DNA of 64,000 nucleotides from assembly GCF_009914755.1 (NCBI RefSeq), contig NC_060926.1; one strand, 5' to 3'. Below are positions 1 to 14,180 of the stretch, in pieces. The position numbers and the translations under genes were made by a program. The notes beneath the pieces are model-generated. The model was given only the letters and a program-made list of their open reading frames with translations. It had not been told where the DNA came from and did no database searches. This DNA comes from the human T2T-CHM13v2.0 reference genome, Homo sapiens. The stretch's first letter is position 1, and each line of letters opens with the position of its first letter.

Positions 1-635
1 AAATTAACTGTGCTGGTACAAAGACAGTAATATAGACCAATGGAAAAGAAGAGAGAGTCCAAAAATAAACTTTCGCATTTATGATCAAATGAAGGTGCCA
101 AATCATTGAATCAGGAAAGGACTATCTTTTTTAAACAACTGATACTGGAAAAACTGGATATCCACATACACAAAAAATAAACTCTTACCTAATATCACAT
201 TCAAAACTTAACTCAGATTGGATCAAATATCTCAGCATAAGCTCTAAAACTATAAAACTTTTAGAAGAAAATATAAGTCAGAAGTTTGAAGATATTGGAA
301 GGAATAAATGAATTGAATCATTTTGCAGTGCTTTCTTGGATATGACACAAAAGACACATGAAATTAAAAATTGACAAATTAGATTTTATCAAAACTTAAA
401 ACTTTTGTGCATCAAGAACACTATCATTGGAGTAAAAAGGCAACATGTGGAATAGAAAATATTTCCAAATCACTTATCTAAGAAGAGGTTAATATAGAGG
501 AATAAAGTATACAGGAGTTCTTATATAGAGGGATTCTAAAACGTAATAAAAAGAAAGCAACCTGATTAATTCCAAAATGGGCAATGAACCTAGATATCAA
601 AAAATATGTAAATGGCCAATAAGTTCATCAAAATA
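1..635 (+). mobile_element. Old L1 (L1M-type) ORF2 3' relic
   Basis: Resembles L1 ORF2 consensus (TGGTACAAAGACAG..ATAGACCAATGGAAAAGAAGAGAGAGTCCAAAAATAAAC, CTGGAAAAACTGGATATCCACA, CTATAAAACTTTTAGAAGAAAA); A-rich and frame-disrupted. Confidence 0.85.
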
Positions 636-1019
636 GCAATTCCTATGGAAAGAAGTTTGATCTTAATATGAAGTGGAACCTTAGGAATTAACCATTTTCG
701 GTAGGTAAACACAACTGAATATAGATGCCTTGATATAATTCCATCGCAGTAAGTAGCAAAGTGTAAGTTAAAGTGAGCTAACATTTCATGCCTATATAAT
801 CATCAAAAGTTTAAGTTTGATAATACCATTTACTAGTGAGAATACCATTTACTAGTACACAATAGGGACATGTATATCCTGCCAAAGGACTACTAGTGAC
901 ACAATGACCTTGAGGAACAAGGTTAATTTCCTTGTTCCTCAAGGTTAAGTTCCTTGTTCTTCAAGGTCAAGTTTGTAGAACTTAGTCGTGTTGAAGAAGT
1001 CCATCTCTAACCCTCAGAG

Positions 1020-1640
1020 AGTGCTGGTGGGCATTTAAAATGGTACAGCCTCTTTGGAAAACAGTCTGGTATCTCCTCAAACAATTAAACAGAAAGTTAT
1101 CATATGATCCAGCAATTCCATTCCTAGGTATATGCCTAAAAGTTCCCACAAACTTTGTACGCAAATGTCCACAGTAGAATTATTCATAGTAACCAAAAGG
1201 TGAGGAAAAACACAAATGTCTGCCAACAAATGAATGGATAAACAAAATGTGGTATATTCAAACAATGAAATTATTATTCATACAATGAAATTATTCAGCC
1301 ACAAGAAGAAATGAAGCACTGATACGTGCTACAGCTTGGATGAACCTTAAAAACATGCTAAGTGAAAGGAGCCAGTCTTCTTTCAGAAGTCAAATATGAT
1401 TTCATTTATGTGAAAGTCCAGAATGAGGAAGTTTGCAGGACAGAAAGGAGATTAGTGGTTACTTACAGTTGGAAGGATTGAGGGATCAGGGAGTGATAGC
1501 TAAAGTATATGGGACTTCTTTTTGAGATAATGCAAATTTTATAAAATTGACTGTGATAATAGCTGCACACATCTGTGCATACAATACAAACTATAAATCT
1601 GTAATTTTTAATGGGTGACTTGTTTGGTATGTGAAGAATA
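1020..1640 (+). mobile_element. L1M (L1MB/MC-like) ORF2 end and 3' UTR relic
   Basis: TGGTACAGCCTCTTTGGAAAACAGT..CATATGATCCAGCAATTCCATTCCTAGGTATAT..GAATGGATAAACAAAATGTGGTATAT..GGATGAACCTTAAAAACATGCTAAGTGAAAG. Confidence 0.85.
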
Positions 1641-2123
1641 GGTGTTTTTCTAAAGAAAGAACTGGTAAGTCCTACAACAGTAAGTTAGGCATTCAGTTGA
1701 AAAGGCTTGTGGTGCAAGAAGGTGTGTCATTTTTCTTTTTAAACAAATGTAGCCTTATAAAGGTCAGAATTACTCATTGTAGAACGTTTTGAAATTGATA
1801 TAATTAATAAAAACAGAAAGTATACTTATCTATAATTGTATCACGAAGAATGGAATAATTTCAAAAATCAGGTGAAGGGATTTCACCTTTAGAAGGAAAA
1901 ACATAGTACTAATTAGAATGAATCTAGAATCAAGAAGCTCAAGTCCAGATTATTTTCCATTCTTTTCCTTACTCATTTTTTAAATTTATTTATTATTATT
2001 ATTATTTTGCTTTGTGATTTAGGGAGAGTTGAAGGCTGTACGCTTAAATTTACTTACATTACAAATGAAAGATGGTCATAACTAGTTCCAGTTTTGTTTA
2101 AGTTTTAACTGAGGTATGTCAAG

Positions 2124-2588
2124 TGTATCAGTTAAAATTCTCCAGAAAAACAAAACCAATAGGATATATATCTCCATATATATAGGGAGAGGGAGAAGGA
2201 TTTTAACGAATTAACTCATGCAACTGTGAGGGCTGACAAGTTTGAAGTCTATGGAGCAGACCAGCAGGCTGGACAAGTATTAATGAATTGATGTTTCAGT
2301 CTTGAGTCCTAAATCTGTCGGGCAGGTTGGCAGTTGGGAAAGTTAGGCACAATTTCTTGAAGCAGAATTCATTTTTGGGGGGAAACTTCATATTGTACCC
2401 TTAAGGCCTTCAGCTGATTGGCTAAGGACCATCCATATTATTGAGAATATTCTTCTACTTAAAATGAATTGATTGTAAATGTTGATCACATCGACTAAAT
2501 ACCTCCACAGCAACGTCTAGACTAGTGTTTTACCAAACAAATGGGCACTATGGCCTAACCAAGTTAACACAAGAAATTAACCATCACA
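2124..2588 (-). mobile_element. MLT2 (ERVL) solo LTR
   Basis: Reverse complement starts TGTGATGGTTAATTTCTTGTGTTAACTTGG, like the MLT2 5' end; other end TGTATCAGTT..TTCTCCAGAAAAACAAAACCAATAGGATATAT; TG..CA termini. Confidence 0.85.
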
Positions 2589-2679
2589 GTAGGTATGACA
2601 CTTCACACAGTGAGAACTCAAGAAATAATAGCTATTATTTTGTTCCCACCTGTTCTTTCCTACAAATAATTCACTTAAT

Positions 2680-3340
2680 TCAGAGCCTCATCATCTTTCA
2701 CCTAGATATTTTAGTAGCTTATTTTCTAAAATTTGTTCTCACATCTCCAGTCATTCTAATTCAGCCACCATCCGCAGAAATATATGTTAAAATTGAATGT
2801 ACTTAACAGACTCCCACAAGGTTATAAAATGTCATTGAAGTGACACTCAATGTCATTAATGTAACTAATGTGACAACTGGTCCATCATCTGAGCTCCTGC
2901 CACTCCAGCACAGAGCACATATTTTTCTCTACCTGAACCAAACTCTTTGTGATTTCTGGATGAAAGACACCTGACTCCTCTGTGTCTCTGAGTCATTCCT
3001 CTTGGTAGACCTAGCCATTTAAAAAAAAAAAATTTCCTTCAAAAGTCTTTGTTAAATACTTTCTCTCTTCTTCTCTGATAATTTTTTTCTAACCCTTACT
3101 CCATGCTAAGTGAATAGTTCGCTTTTTGGGATTCTGGCATTCCTCTCTCTCAAATAATTTTTAATACTATTTATTTATGTTGTTATCTTCTACCACTAAC
3201 TGAGAGGGAACACCTAGAATACAGGATCTATTAAACATTTTTTCTCTCTCATTTGTTTTTCTCCTCCTCCATTTCTTCCTCCTCCTTTTTTGTAAAATTT
3301 ACTGTAGCTCAAGGCAAAATGTAAGTTTAATAAATTTCTG
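2680..3340 (+). mobile_element. L2 relic
   Basis: Degenerate L2 3' motifs (CATCATCTTTCACCTAGATATT.., pyrimidine-rich body); boundaries approximate. Confidence 0.5.
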
Positions 3341-5869
3341 GTTGCTTTGAGAAACTGATGAAAGACTTATTGTTATTTCTGTGTAAAACAAGAAACCAAA
3401 GGTTTTGAGGATTGTATAATATGGGAAAAAGTCATGTATGAGAAGATAGATCTTGTAAAGGAGGCCATGATATACCATAAGCTATTGAATCTGGAAGCAG
3501 GGAGCTAGGTGTAGAGGCCATCATTATAATCTGGAACTGCAATGATAATCAACCATATATCAATATAACAAGCTTTTATGCTGAGATCTAAAATTTGATT
3601 GCTATTCAAAGATAAAAATTATCTTATAAACCTAATTAATGTAAATGAAATGAGGCAAATATTAAAGAAGTGTATTTCTAAACGTTTCTTTTTCTTTTTA
3701 CAAAAATGTCCTCTTTGAGACTCCTTCCCTGAAATTGCTAATATTTGTTTAATTTTTTATATTGTTGAAAAATGTAATGTTTAGGTAATTCTTCAAATAC
3801 AAACAAAAATTATCCACATCTCTCTATCACCTGTGTTTTTGCTATTACTAGGAATTTATCTTAAAATTTTATTAAAACCTCAAATTATGAGCAATGGTTT
3901 AGTTTCTTTGGGAGACTTTAAATTTGTGATATAATCTCTTACTTCATTACTAATAACAATTGTGAACTATTTGATCAATTTTTCCCGAGTAGTATTTAAG
4001 GTAGCACTTTTCAAACATATCTTTGAAATCTCACATTTCCTACTAAAAGTCAATGAGATTTTGCTTCATATTCCATTAAATATCTATGCTTTTTAATACA
4101 AAAGTAATTATTTTTAATCTCATCAGGATGTGTTCAAGAAATGTATGATAAGCATACACAAATATATTTGTGTGTTTGTATGCACACACACACATTCACA
4201 CACGTTACTGCTGGTGCCAAGCATGTTCTGGGCTGAAAGTCTTGGCCTTAGAGTCCTATTATACCAGAGCTTTAATGGAAGTAGATGAGGAACAAGGCCA
4301 GCAATTGACGAATTCTATTTCAAGTTAGTTATTTAACTGTAGTTTGTATGATGCTCATTTCTAGTTGGTAGAATGATGCAGGGAAACCACTAGGGAGTGA
4401 AGCCAAACAATTTACACTATTAATATCAAGTGTTTGACATGATGAGTGTTTCCAATATAAATAAATTTGGACCACTTTTTTGTTGTTGTTTACCTCATTC
4501 ATCTTCATTAGTGAAGATAACTGAAATCCGATTACCTTTTCATTTTATCTGAAACAAAATCGAATGTTCCTGCTTTTAGTTGCAGGGTATAAAAACAATC
4601 TCCCTTACCACATTGTAGTATTGCCCCATATCTAACGTCTAATGGGTCTCAAATCAAATTTGAGATCAGGAAAATCAATACCAAGCAGCTCATATCATTT
4701 ATTTACTAAATATTTGGGCCAGAAATAGTAATAAACTGTAAGGGGATAAGTCTGTTTGGGTTTAATGGGGGGGAAAAAAACAGGAAACAAAACCTCACCT
4801 TTAAATTATCTTAACTATCTTCACTTATAAATTTGCAATGTATTTAGGTATATATTTACATGAATATATTACATATGTAAATGTAACAGGAAATACAATG
4901 TCACATAAATAAAATGCCTTAACATTGTGCAGGTATGTGGGACAAATATGCAATTATGTTATATAATTTAAAGGAAAATTAATTTGCATTGCTGTGTAAA
5001 AATCACCTACACATCAGGTGAGCAATCCCACAAACTTCCTTTAATTCATATTTAGGCAATATTTTAGTCATTTAGAAATAATAAGGTATTTGTAATGACT
5101 TTATCTTTTTTCTCTTGTTTTCCAATGTAAATCACAATTTCTGTGGCACGTCTTGTTTCATCCTGCTCATAACATAATATTAAATATTAAATTGTGGAGT
5201 AAGAACCATCAAAATCATGGGATTGTAGATTTTCTAACTGTTCACCTGGGTCATGCATAATCTAATATACACAATGTATACTTTAGACAGTTCCTGCTAA
5301 GGAAACTATTTGAATGAAAGAGCAATGTAGATGACAGTTAGTGAAAGTTCCTGAATATTAGACTCTTTCTGTATCATTGCAACTAAGCGCTTACACCATA
5401 CCTATTATTCTTACATTTGATCAGACAGGGTTAACCTAGAGTGATATGTCAAGTTTCATTTGATCAGCAGTCTAAACAAAAACTTAAGAAAAATGATAAG
5501 ATTATAATAGTATCTACCACAAGATGTGAACCATCTTACATAACCCCTGAGGTTAAAAGATCCCAATTAGGCAGAGTTCAGTACTTTAGTGATTTACTGT
5601 GTTTTATTAAATGGCATGCAGATAACTCCCCAAAGGGAACTGTGGTCTGCATTAATGTCGAGACTCTTCATGTCAGAAATAACTTCAGACATCTTTCAAG
5701 TGGTGTGGTAGAGGAGCTCTCCGCTTGCTCTCCTCCTTAAGAACAACCAAAGAAATGAAAATAAGAAAAGACAGTACAATTTTTATGTTACATTAATCAG
5801 CTACAGCCTAATCTATAATCTCAACGGAACATAGAGTAAAAAGAAATCCACAGCCAGAAAAGGATTGAA

Positions 5870-6195
5870 AGCAAATATACACTTTAATAGATTTTGAGAA
5901 ACACAAAGAAATAGACAAACTGACAATTTTAGCTGGTAATTTCAACATTTCTCTTACAGTAAAACATGAAAAAAGTAGATAGGAAATCAGTAGGGTATAA
6001 AAGGTTTGATTAACACTATCAACCAAATTGACATAATCGACTTTTATAGAACACTATATGTGATAATTACAGAATACTTGACATGTTTAAGTGCACACAC
6101 TGGGCCATAAAACAAGTATCAATAAATATAAAAGAATTGAATTCATACCAAATTATATTCTATGACCATAAAGGAATTAAGTAAGAAACAAACAA
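5870..6195 (+). mobile_element. L1 ORF2 endonuclease-domain relic
   Basis: AAGAAATAGACAAA..GGTAATTTCAACA..AACACTATCAACCAAATTGACATAAT..TATAGAACACT..CTGGGCCATAAAACAAGT..TATGACCATAAAGGAATTAA matches the L1 EN region. Confidence 0.8.

Positions 6196-6200
<5 letters not shown>

Positions 6201-6238
<38 letters not shown>
6201..6238. repeat. (AC)n microsatellite
   Basis: About 19 uninterrupted AC units. Confidence 0.97.
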
Positions 6239-6241
<3 letters not shown>

Positions 6242-7639
6242 CTCCACATTTTTTATTGGAATAAGAATATATCTAATAAGTAATATAGTATTATACATCT
6301 AGTGATTCTGAATGTAGATTTTGTCCTGTAAATATATTACACATGTGTCTCAAGACATACATTGAGAAAATTCATTGCAACACTATTTATAATTTTAAAA
6401 ACAAAATAGAAGACTGAACACAACTTAAATTATTATTATGGGACTAGTAAAATAAACTATGGTACATAAAATAATAAAATAGTGACTTCTTCAGAAGCCA
6501 TTAAAATTAATGATTCTTCTATATGTGCAGGAAAGCAGTGCTATCCAGTGATAAAAGAAAGGTCCATATTGTTACTTAGCATGTTATTATTACAATAGGT
6601 AAAACATTCCCCCAAAACAAAAATATCTATATATTATTTAAATATTTCCAGAATTATGAATAACAAGATGAAACTTAAATTACAGAATTGATTACTTTTA
6701 ACATAGCATATGAAAATTAAAGCACATCAGGAACTTCCAAAGTAAAGAAAAAGGTGGCAAATTGTTATATATATGGATATAGATATAGATGCAGATATCT
6801 TATTTTCTGAAGTGTATGTCAGCAGCAATGATCACATACAATGGCATGAGATTCTACGTGTGTTACACGTGTCAAACATAATCAGAGACAAAATAGGGAA
6901 AGCAATATGTTAAAGTAAAAATAATTATTGTTTTAGAGTAGTAGAATAATGTTGATATGGTCTTTAACGTTTATGTTATTATGTTACATATTGTTTTAAG
7001 TGTTAGAAGAGGAACTAGAATATGAGGAGCAAGGGACATAAAGGACTAGACATTTAAAGCTGAATTTAAAAAGCAACTGTGACTTGGACCTTAATTCTAC
7101 TTGGTAAAAAAGACTTGCTAATAATATTGAAGTTGGCTATTAAAAGACCGTGGTAAGTATCTTATTTGTTTCTGATGTGCTCTGGAATGGAAGTAGAATG
7201 CAAAGATCATTATATTACAAATTGGTACTCAACTCTTAATTCTTTCAAAATTTTCCTAATCACTGTTTCTAACATCCCAGAACTAAACTGGGATATGGGG
7301 GTGAATAATGTCAAGTTGGCTGTTCATTTAAGAAAAACAAAGCTTGTCCACTAACTTTTTTGATTTCCCTTATGTTATTCAAATTCAGTATCTTCCAAAA
7401 GAGCTTTTTTTGGGGAAAATTTTCACCATCTTCTAACCAATTTTATATCTCTAACATAAAAACCTGTCCCTGAAAGCATAATGACATTTGTAAACATACT
7501 AATAATTCAGATCTTTACACTTATTCTTGGAATTAGAATCAAAACTAGATATAAACCACTTCACCCTTTAAAATTATATAATTTACTTGACATTAATAAA
7601 TTCTTCTTGAAAAGGAAAAATAAAAATACTACACCTGGA

Positions 7640-9200
7640 TATGATGAAGAATGTACTGGAAAATAACCTTTCACTTCAGAGCAATCACAATGAAAAGAAC
7701 TTTGACTAAAATTGAATAAATGGTTTTACAACCCTGATATAGAAGAGCAATTGCTCACACATCAATCTTCACGCAAATTCAGCAATAAACTCTGACAAAA
7801 CCTTAAAACAAACCAACACATAAAAAGCTACCCAAGGACTCGAGCCTGAACAAAACCAGGCAGATTTTCGAAGGGAGTGAAATTTACAGGAAAATAGCTC
7901 ACAAAATAGGATTCCTCCATTTTGTTAGTTTTGTTTAGAGTTTTAGCCTAAGGGCAACTGTAGTGGAGGCAGAGTGTGGGTATCAAGTAAGTTGAATCTC
8001 TGATAGGAAATCCGACTGTCGTTTAGGCAAGACCAAGAGAAAGAGCCCTTGAGTAGCTGTAACTGCCAGAGAATGAGAAGAATCCCTGAGAGAGTCAGAG
8101 CAGGGGTAACTAGTGGTGTGCACGTACTCAGGCAAGTGTTTGACTGAACTTCAACTATAAATGACAGAATTTTCCGACGAAGTCTTTAAAGCTGCTATTC
8201 TAACTGTATTTCCTGACCTTCATAAAAATAAATGCAAAAGGAATAAAAAGATAGGATATATCAGCATACAAATACACCTATCTTAAATCTATTGATATAT
8301 TTATATATCTTATATATCCTACCTTTCATAGACAGATACACGAAGAATATTAAAAAGAAGAAAATGGACACTTGTAGAATTTCGAAACAGTATTTAAAAT
8401 AAAAAAAAATTGGATGGGATAAAGAGCAGAATGAAGATGAGAGAGAACAGAGTCTGTGGCACACAGATCAATAAACAACAGTTAATCTGAAAAAATTAAG
8501 AAATTTACAAAAGAGAGAAAAACAAAACAAAACAAACAAACAAAAAACAGACCCCTAGGGACCTGTAGGAAAACTGCAAATCTCTAACAGATGGTGCTTG
8601 GAATCTCAGAAGAAAAGGAGAGAATGGAGCAGGAAAAATATCTGAAAAAAATGATAGAAATTCCAAAATGCAATAAAAAACACAAATTTACATATTCAAG
8701 GTGCTCAGTGAACTCCAAACACAATATATTCAAGGATAATCCCTCAAAAGTAAATGTTAGCGAAACTGTTGAAAACTAAAGATAAAGAGAAACTGTGGAA
8801 GTGAACAGAGACACAACACAACATATAAGTAGGACCAACATTAGAATGCTTACAGACTTCTCATTAAGAACCATGGGGAATCAAAGTGAAATAAAGACAG
8901 TTTCTGACTAAAGAAAAATAAGGGACCCAAACTACAAAATATGCTCTTCAGTGAGAAAGAATAATATGATAGGGGAACTCGGATCTTCAGGAATGAAAGA
9001 AGAACATTGGAAATGTTAAGTATATGAGTAAACATAAACCACTAAATTTCCTCTTAATTTCTGTATAAAACGTATTACTGTTAAAAGCAAAAATGACAGT
9101 ATGGGGGTATGTATGTCTGTATGTTGTGTGACAACTATAACGACAAAAACGGTGAGGGAGAAAGAAAATTATACATTTGTAACATTTCTATGTTTTACAT
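7640..9200 (+). mobile_element. Old L1M 5'/ORF1 relic
   Basis: ORF1-like CTAGGGACCTGTAGGAAAA..TCTCTAACA..TTGGAATCTCAGAAGAAAAGGAGAGAATGGAGCAGGAAAAATATCTGAAAAAAATGATAG; ORF 8591-8779 is a decayed ORF1 piece; boundaries approximate. Confidence 0.7.
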
Positions 9201-10735
9201 GAGATTATTATCTTCCTTAATAATAATTTTCACAAGGCACTTTGAATTTTTAGTTACTGATAAAAATCAGATTGCCTGATAATTTTAGAATTTAAGGGTA
9301 TGTGGTAAATGAGGTAGTTTATTTTCATCAAACAATAATAGCATCATGGATTCATAAACAATGTTCATTTTTTTTCTAACATTTGGATTACGAATACATT
9401 TGAAAAGTTGAAACAAGTCACTATAAAATGCCTTCAAAATGATTGACTTAAAATTTTTCAACTTTTTTCTAGAACATTATGAGCTTTTAAAATTTGAGGT
9501 TATTTTATTCTTATTCCCAAAACCTAAGATGTATTCGCTTGGTAGCTAATCTAGTTTTAATCATGCAGTTAATAAAATATTTATTAAGTAATCCTGTTTT
9601 GTTGGTAGCCTGTGTTTTGTTGGTAGCCTGTGTTACTCCCAAAGGTCATAACCTTCAATAATATAGTTAATAAAATGTGGAAAATATTTCCACAAAGAAA
9701 CAACAGGACTTGAGTTTTTAAAGAATAAGAAGTTTGCTTTTAGAATCTGTAATGTGTTAGTCACTCTGGAGAATTCAGTTGGAAAAAAATGAAAGAACTG
9801 AACTGCTGAGATATTTAAAATCTAGAAGCATGAGGTGATAAGTCAAGAAATACTTTGGGCAAAACTGAAATTCGTATAGCACAATAGCATGCAGATAAAG
9901 CTAGGTGAGTACATGTTTTTTCTTTTTCTGTGGGGTGAGGGGAGTGAATAGTGGATTCGCTGTCTTAGAACCACAGTTTCTTAATTTCAGGTTTGAAAGT
10001 TATATACATTAATTTGCAGAAAAGAAATAGAGACCTTACAAAAGAAAAAAGTTACTTGCAAAGACTATTAGGGACAATTTGGTAAGTACTGTTAGAGAAA
10101 TTAAAGATGAGAAAAATGAGGGATACACATAAAGAATGGGACTGTCTTGGTTGACCTGGAATGCTACAGTGGCTACGTACTTGCAGAGATTATAAATTGA
10201 GAGTCATTCTGGATTCTTGTACATCATAAAATGGAGTTTAAGATTACTCTAGCTGTTGTGTTCAGGATGGATTTATTCAAGAGGAGGGTGATTGTCTGAG
10301 ATGGAGTCCATTGAAATGACCTTTCAATGGAGATTTGAAGTGCTAATCCTATATAGGCGTGGGAATGAAAAAGATGCATAGTTGGTAAATAATATGAATA
10401 AGAGTGATTTTTGTGGATTTTGATTGAAACAAGGCAATGTGAGGAGGCCGAGAAGATAAAGGTATCAGAAATAACTTCTTAAAGATGAGTTTGTTCTTAC
10501 TGCTAGACTTTGCTGACATTGAGTTGACACATATCCCAAAGTGTTATGCAATTTGAAAGCTGTAAAAATAATTGGTTCTTAAGGTTACATATAGTGATCC
10601 ATATATTAGTTCATTTTTACTTAAGAAGATATACTTTAAAATGCATTTTTAAGAGTTTTCCTAGAATATTGGACCTATAAAATGGTCTGTTTTTTTTTTT
10701 TTTTTTTTTGGAATCATTGTCTAATGCATTTAGGA

Positions 10736-11234
10736 CAGCAGTTCTCAACCTTTTTGGCACCAGGCACTGGTTTTGTAGAAGACAATTTTTTCCATGGACT
10801 GGGGCAGGGGAGGGATGGTTTTGGGAGATTTAAGAGCATTACATTTATTGTGCACTTGATTACTATGATTATAACATTGTAATATGTAATGAAATAATTA
10901 TACAACTAACCATAATGCAGAATCAGTAGGAGCCCTGAGCTTGTTTTCCTGCAACTAGATAGTCCCATCTGGGGTAATGGGAGACACTGACACAATTAGA
11001 TTTCATAAGGAGCATGCCACCTAGATAGCTCACATGCATGGTTCACAATAAGGTTCACACTCCTATGAGAACCTCATGCCACCACTGATCTGACAGGAGG
11101 CGGAGCTCAAGCAGGAATGTGAGCGATGGGAGTGGCTGTAAGCACAGATGAAGCCCATGGTTCACCTCCTGCTGTGAAGCCCAGTTCTTAACAGGCCACA
11201 GACTGGTCCATGGCCTGGGGGTTAGGGACCCCTA
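10736..11234 (+). mobile_element. MER1A (hAT-Charlie) DNA transposon
   Basis: ~500 bp; termini CAGCAGTTCTCAACC..GGTTAGGGACCCCTA resemble MER1 TIRs; body TTTTTGGCACCAGG..GTAGAAGACAATTTTT; 8-bp TSD ATTTAGGA (10728-10735) / ATTTAGAA (11235-11242). Confidence 0.9.
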
Positions 11235-11308
11235 ATTTAGAAAATACAATATAGTATCCTAGTTCTCAACATTCGCAATGAAATTAGAAATAGCTTTGAA
11301 GAGTCCTG

Positions 11309-11311
<3 letters not shown>

Positions 11312-11365
<54 letters not shown>
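11312..11365. repeat. (TA)n microsatellite
   Basis: About 27 perfect TA units. Confidence 0.97.
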
Positions 11366-11368
<3 letters not shown>

Positions 11369-11420
11369 AAACTGTCTTAATTTTATTTAACACAATGTTT
11401 CATAGTTGTTTTACCCCACA

Positions 11421-11772
11421 CTAGGGATCAGCAACTTTTTTCTGTAAAGAATCATATAGTAAATATATTTGGCTTTGTAAGACAAGAGACAAAACCAAAG
11501 TTACGTAGGTGCTTCTACAATAAGATAGAAATCAAACCGCTACAAAATTTTATTGTAGTTATTCAAAATAAAATAATAAGTACAATGTTATGTAATACAA
11601 GCCTACAAATGAAAAAAATGAAATATGTTTTTGCAGGTTGCATGTAAATATTCCCTGTCATCAAGTCCATTGCAAATGTTGGTCTACAAAAACCATTTTT
11701 ACTTTGCATGCTATACAAAAAGAGGAACAGACTAGATTCTGCCTATGTATCCTAGTGTGTTGAACACCACTC
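11421..11772 (+). mobile_element. MER58B-like (hAT-Charlie) element
   Basis: Starts AGGGATCAGCAACTTTTTTCTGTAAAGAATCATATAGTAAATAT, like the MER58 terminus; ~350 bp. Confidence 0.7.
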
Positions 11773-13546
11773 TAGACCATGAAAACAAATTTTTTTGACA
11801 TGATGCCTATTAGAATTTTTTTTTAGAAAATCACTCTTCTACAATGAGGAGCCAAAAAGTAGTAAATCTGATTGGAATGAACCTCATATGAGAATGATTT
11901 TTTTATGAAGAAGTAGAAACGTTTTGATGTAAAAAAAATTAAAAAAATAATTAAAAAAAATAGGTAGCAATGAGCATCTTGAGGTGTGAGTTGATAAGCA
12001 GCAGTCATGAGAGAGGGCAGCTGGAAATTGAGTCATAAAGGAAGACCTAGACGTCAGTTATGGCAAAGAAGGAGAAGGAACACTCAGAAGAGATTGAATT
12101 GAGAGTAGAGGTAAGTTGGTTGGTTATGGAGTGACAGTTTGAGAATGTAGAGTTAAAGGTTTTGGAATGCTGAATGGATAAAAAGCCAGGGATTATTGAA
12201 CATTATTATGGGAATGATAAATTGATGGAAGGTCAATTTTTAGTGGCAACAGGCTTACAATCTGGGGATGACTGATGTGAACAGGAATACATGACATGAA
12301 AGATTTATGTGATATTGTCTGTGTGAGGAAGGGGGTCACTAAGCCTAGTGTCAGGGAGACTTAGTTGCTGTGATGATGGGATTCATTGAAGCTCCTTGTT
12401 CTAGAATAAATGCTATTACAAAGCATCATATTTCTTGAAGCATGTGATGAAGGATTCTGGACAGGAGACTTGCACTGCAACCTGAGAGACTGTGCAGATA
12501 ACTTAGAATCTGGGTGTACTTCCTCAATTCTCATTATCCTCCTTTTTGTCTTCCTCCTCCTTTTTCCCCTCTTTGGATTACTTTTACATTCTCAGGAATT
12601 TCAAGTCTCTTCAGAGAGACTTTTATGAAAGTTAGTTCATGTCAAACCATCATCTCTTTTAATCTCTTCTTATCCCATCATCCATTTATAAAGCCAGAAT
12701 GTTTATGCACTGGTGACACCTGCCCCAGAAGTCCACTGCTCATTTTCTCCTCAGTCACATTAAATCTTTTCAAGAGTTATGATGCCGAGTCATCACTGAA
12801 GACTGAATTTGGACTTTCCTGTAAAGTCTAGCTGTCTAAACATCTGCTTTTCTGCTTCTATTCATTTCAGGTTAGTCTATTCTAATATTAAAGTATCACA
12901 CAGAACCACACCCACCTTCCACCAAAGGCTGATGTGAAAAACAGTCCATTTTCACTGAGCACATGTTGTTTGTTTACTGTATTAATACCTGTAGGAGACT
13001 CATATGGGAAAGGTGTTTGGAGGTTCAGTTTGAGATATCCTTTTACCTTAATTGTTATATTACAGTAATGTTGAGATTGTTGCTATCCTGTTCACTTACT
13101 GCTTTTCCACTAGAGCAGAATGCAAAGAAAATAATTTCCAGATCAATTAAAAATAAAACAAAAGATCTTAGGATCATGATTTTTAAATGTCTTGACTCTT
13201 TATCCATCATTGTATCTCCAAAATTGGACCAGTATTGTACTAGCCAGTTTTTAGGTGGAACTATTCAGAATAATCAAAGTAAACAGTGAATAATTTTTAA
13301 GAAAGTGTCTCCCTCTTATCTCTGTGCGTTTTCCCTACATCTCTCTTGTTCTCCAATAATTCTTTTACATTTGTATCTTGACCCCACTCTTTCTCTAGCA
13401 TACATGTCTTTGCCTTAACATTTGCCTTTCTTTCCTTTGGGTTCTTTCTATACACAGCATTTTCAACATGTGTCATCTTGATCTGCCTTTTCTCATACTA
13501 GTTTCTCTACTTGGAATAGCCCTTTCTCTGCTTAGAAAAATCTACT

Positions 13547-14180
<634 letters not shown>

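Noticed and set aside
9595-9634. Short tandem duplications (also ~1262-1296, ~32013-32040, ~62987-63020)
   Set aside because: Ordinary slippage duplications, common in any genomic window
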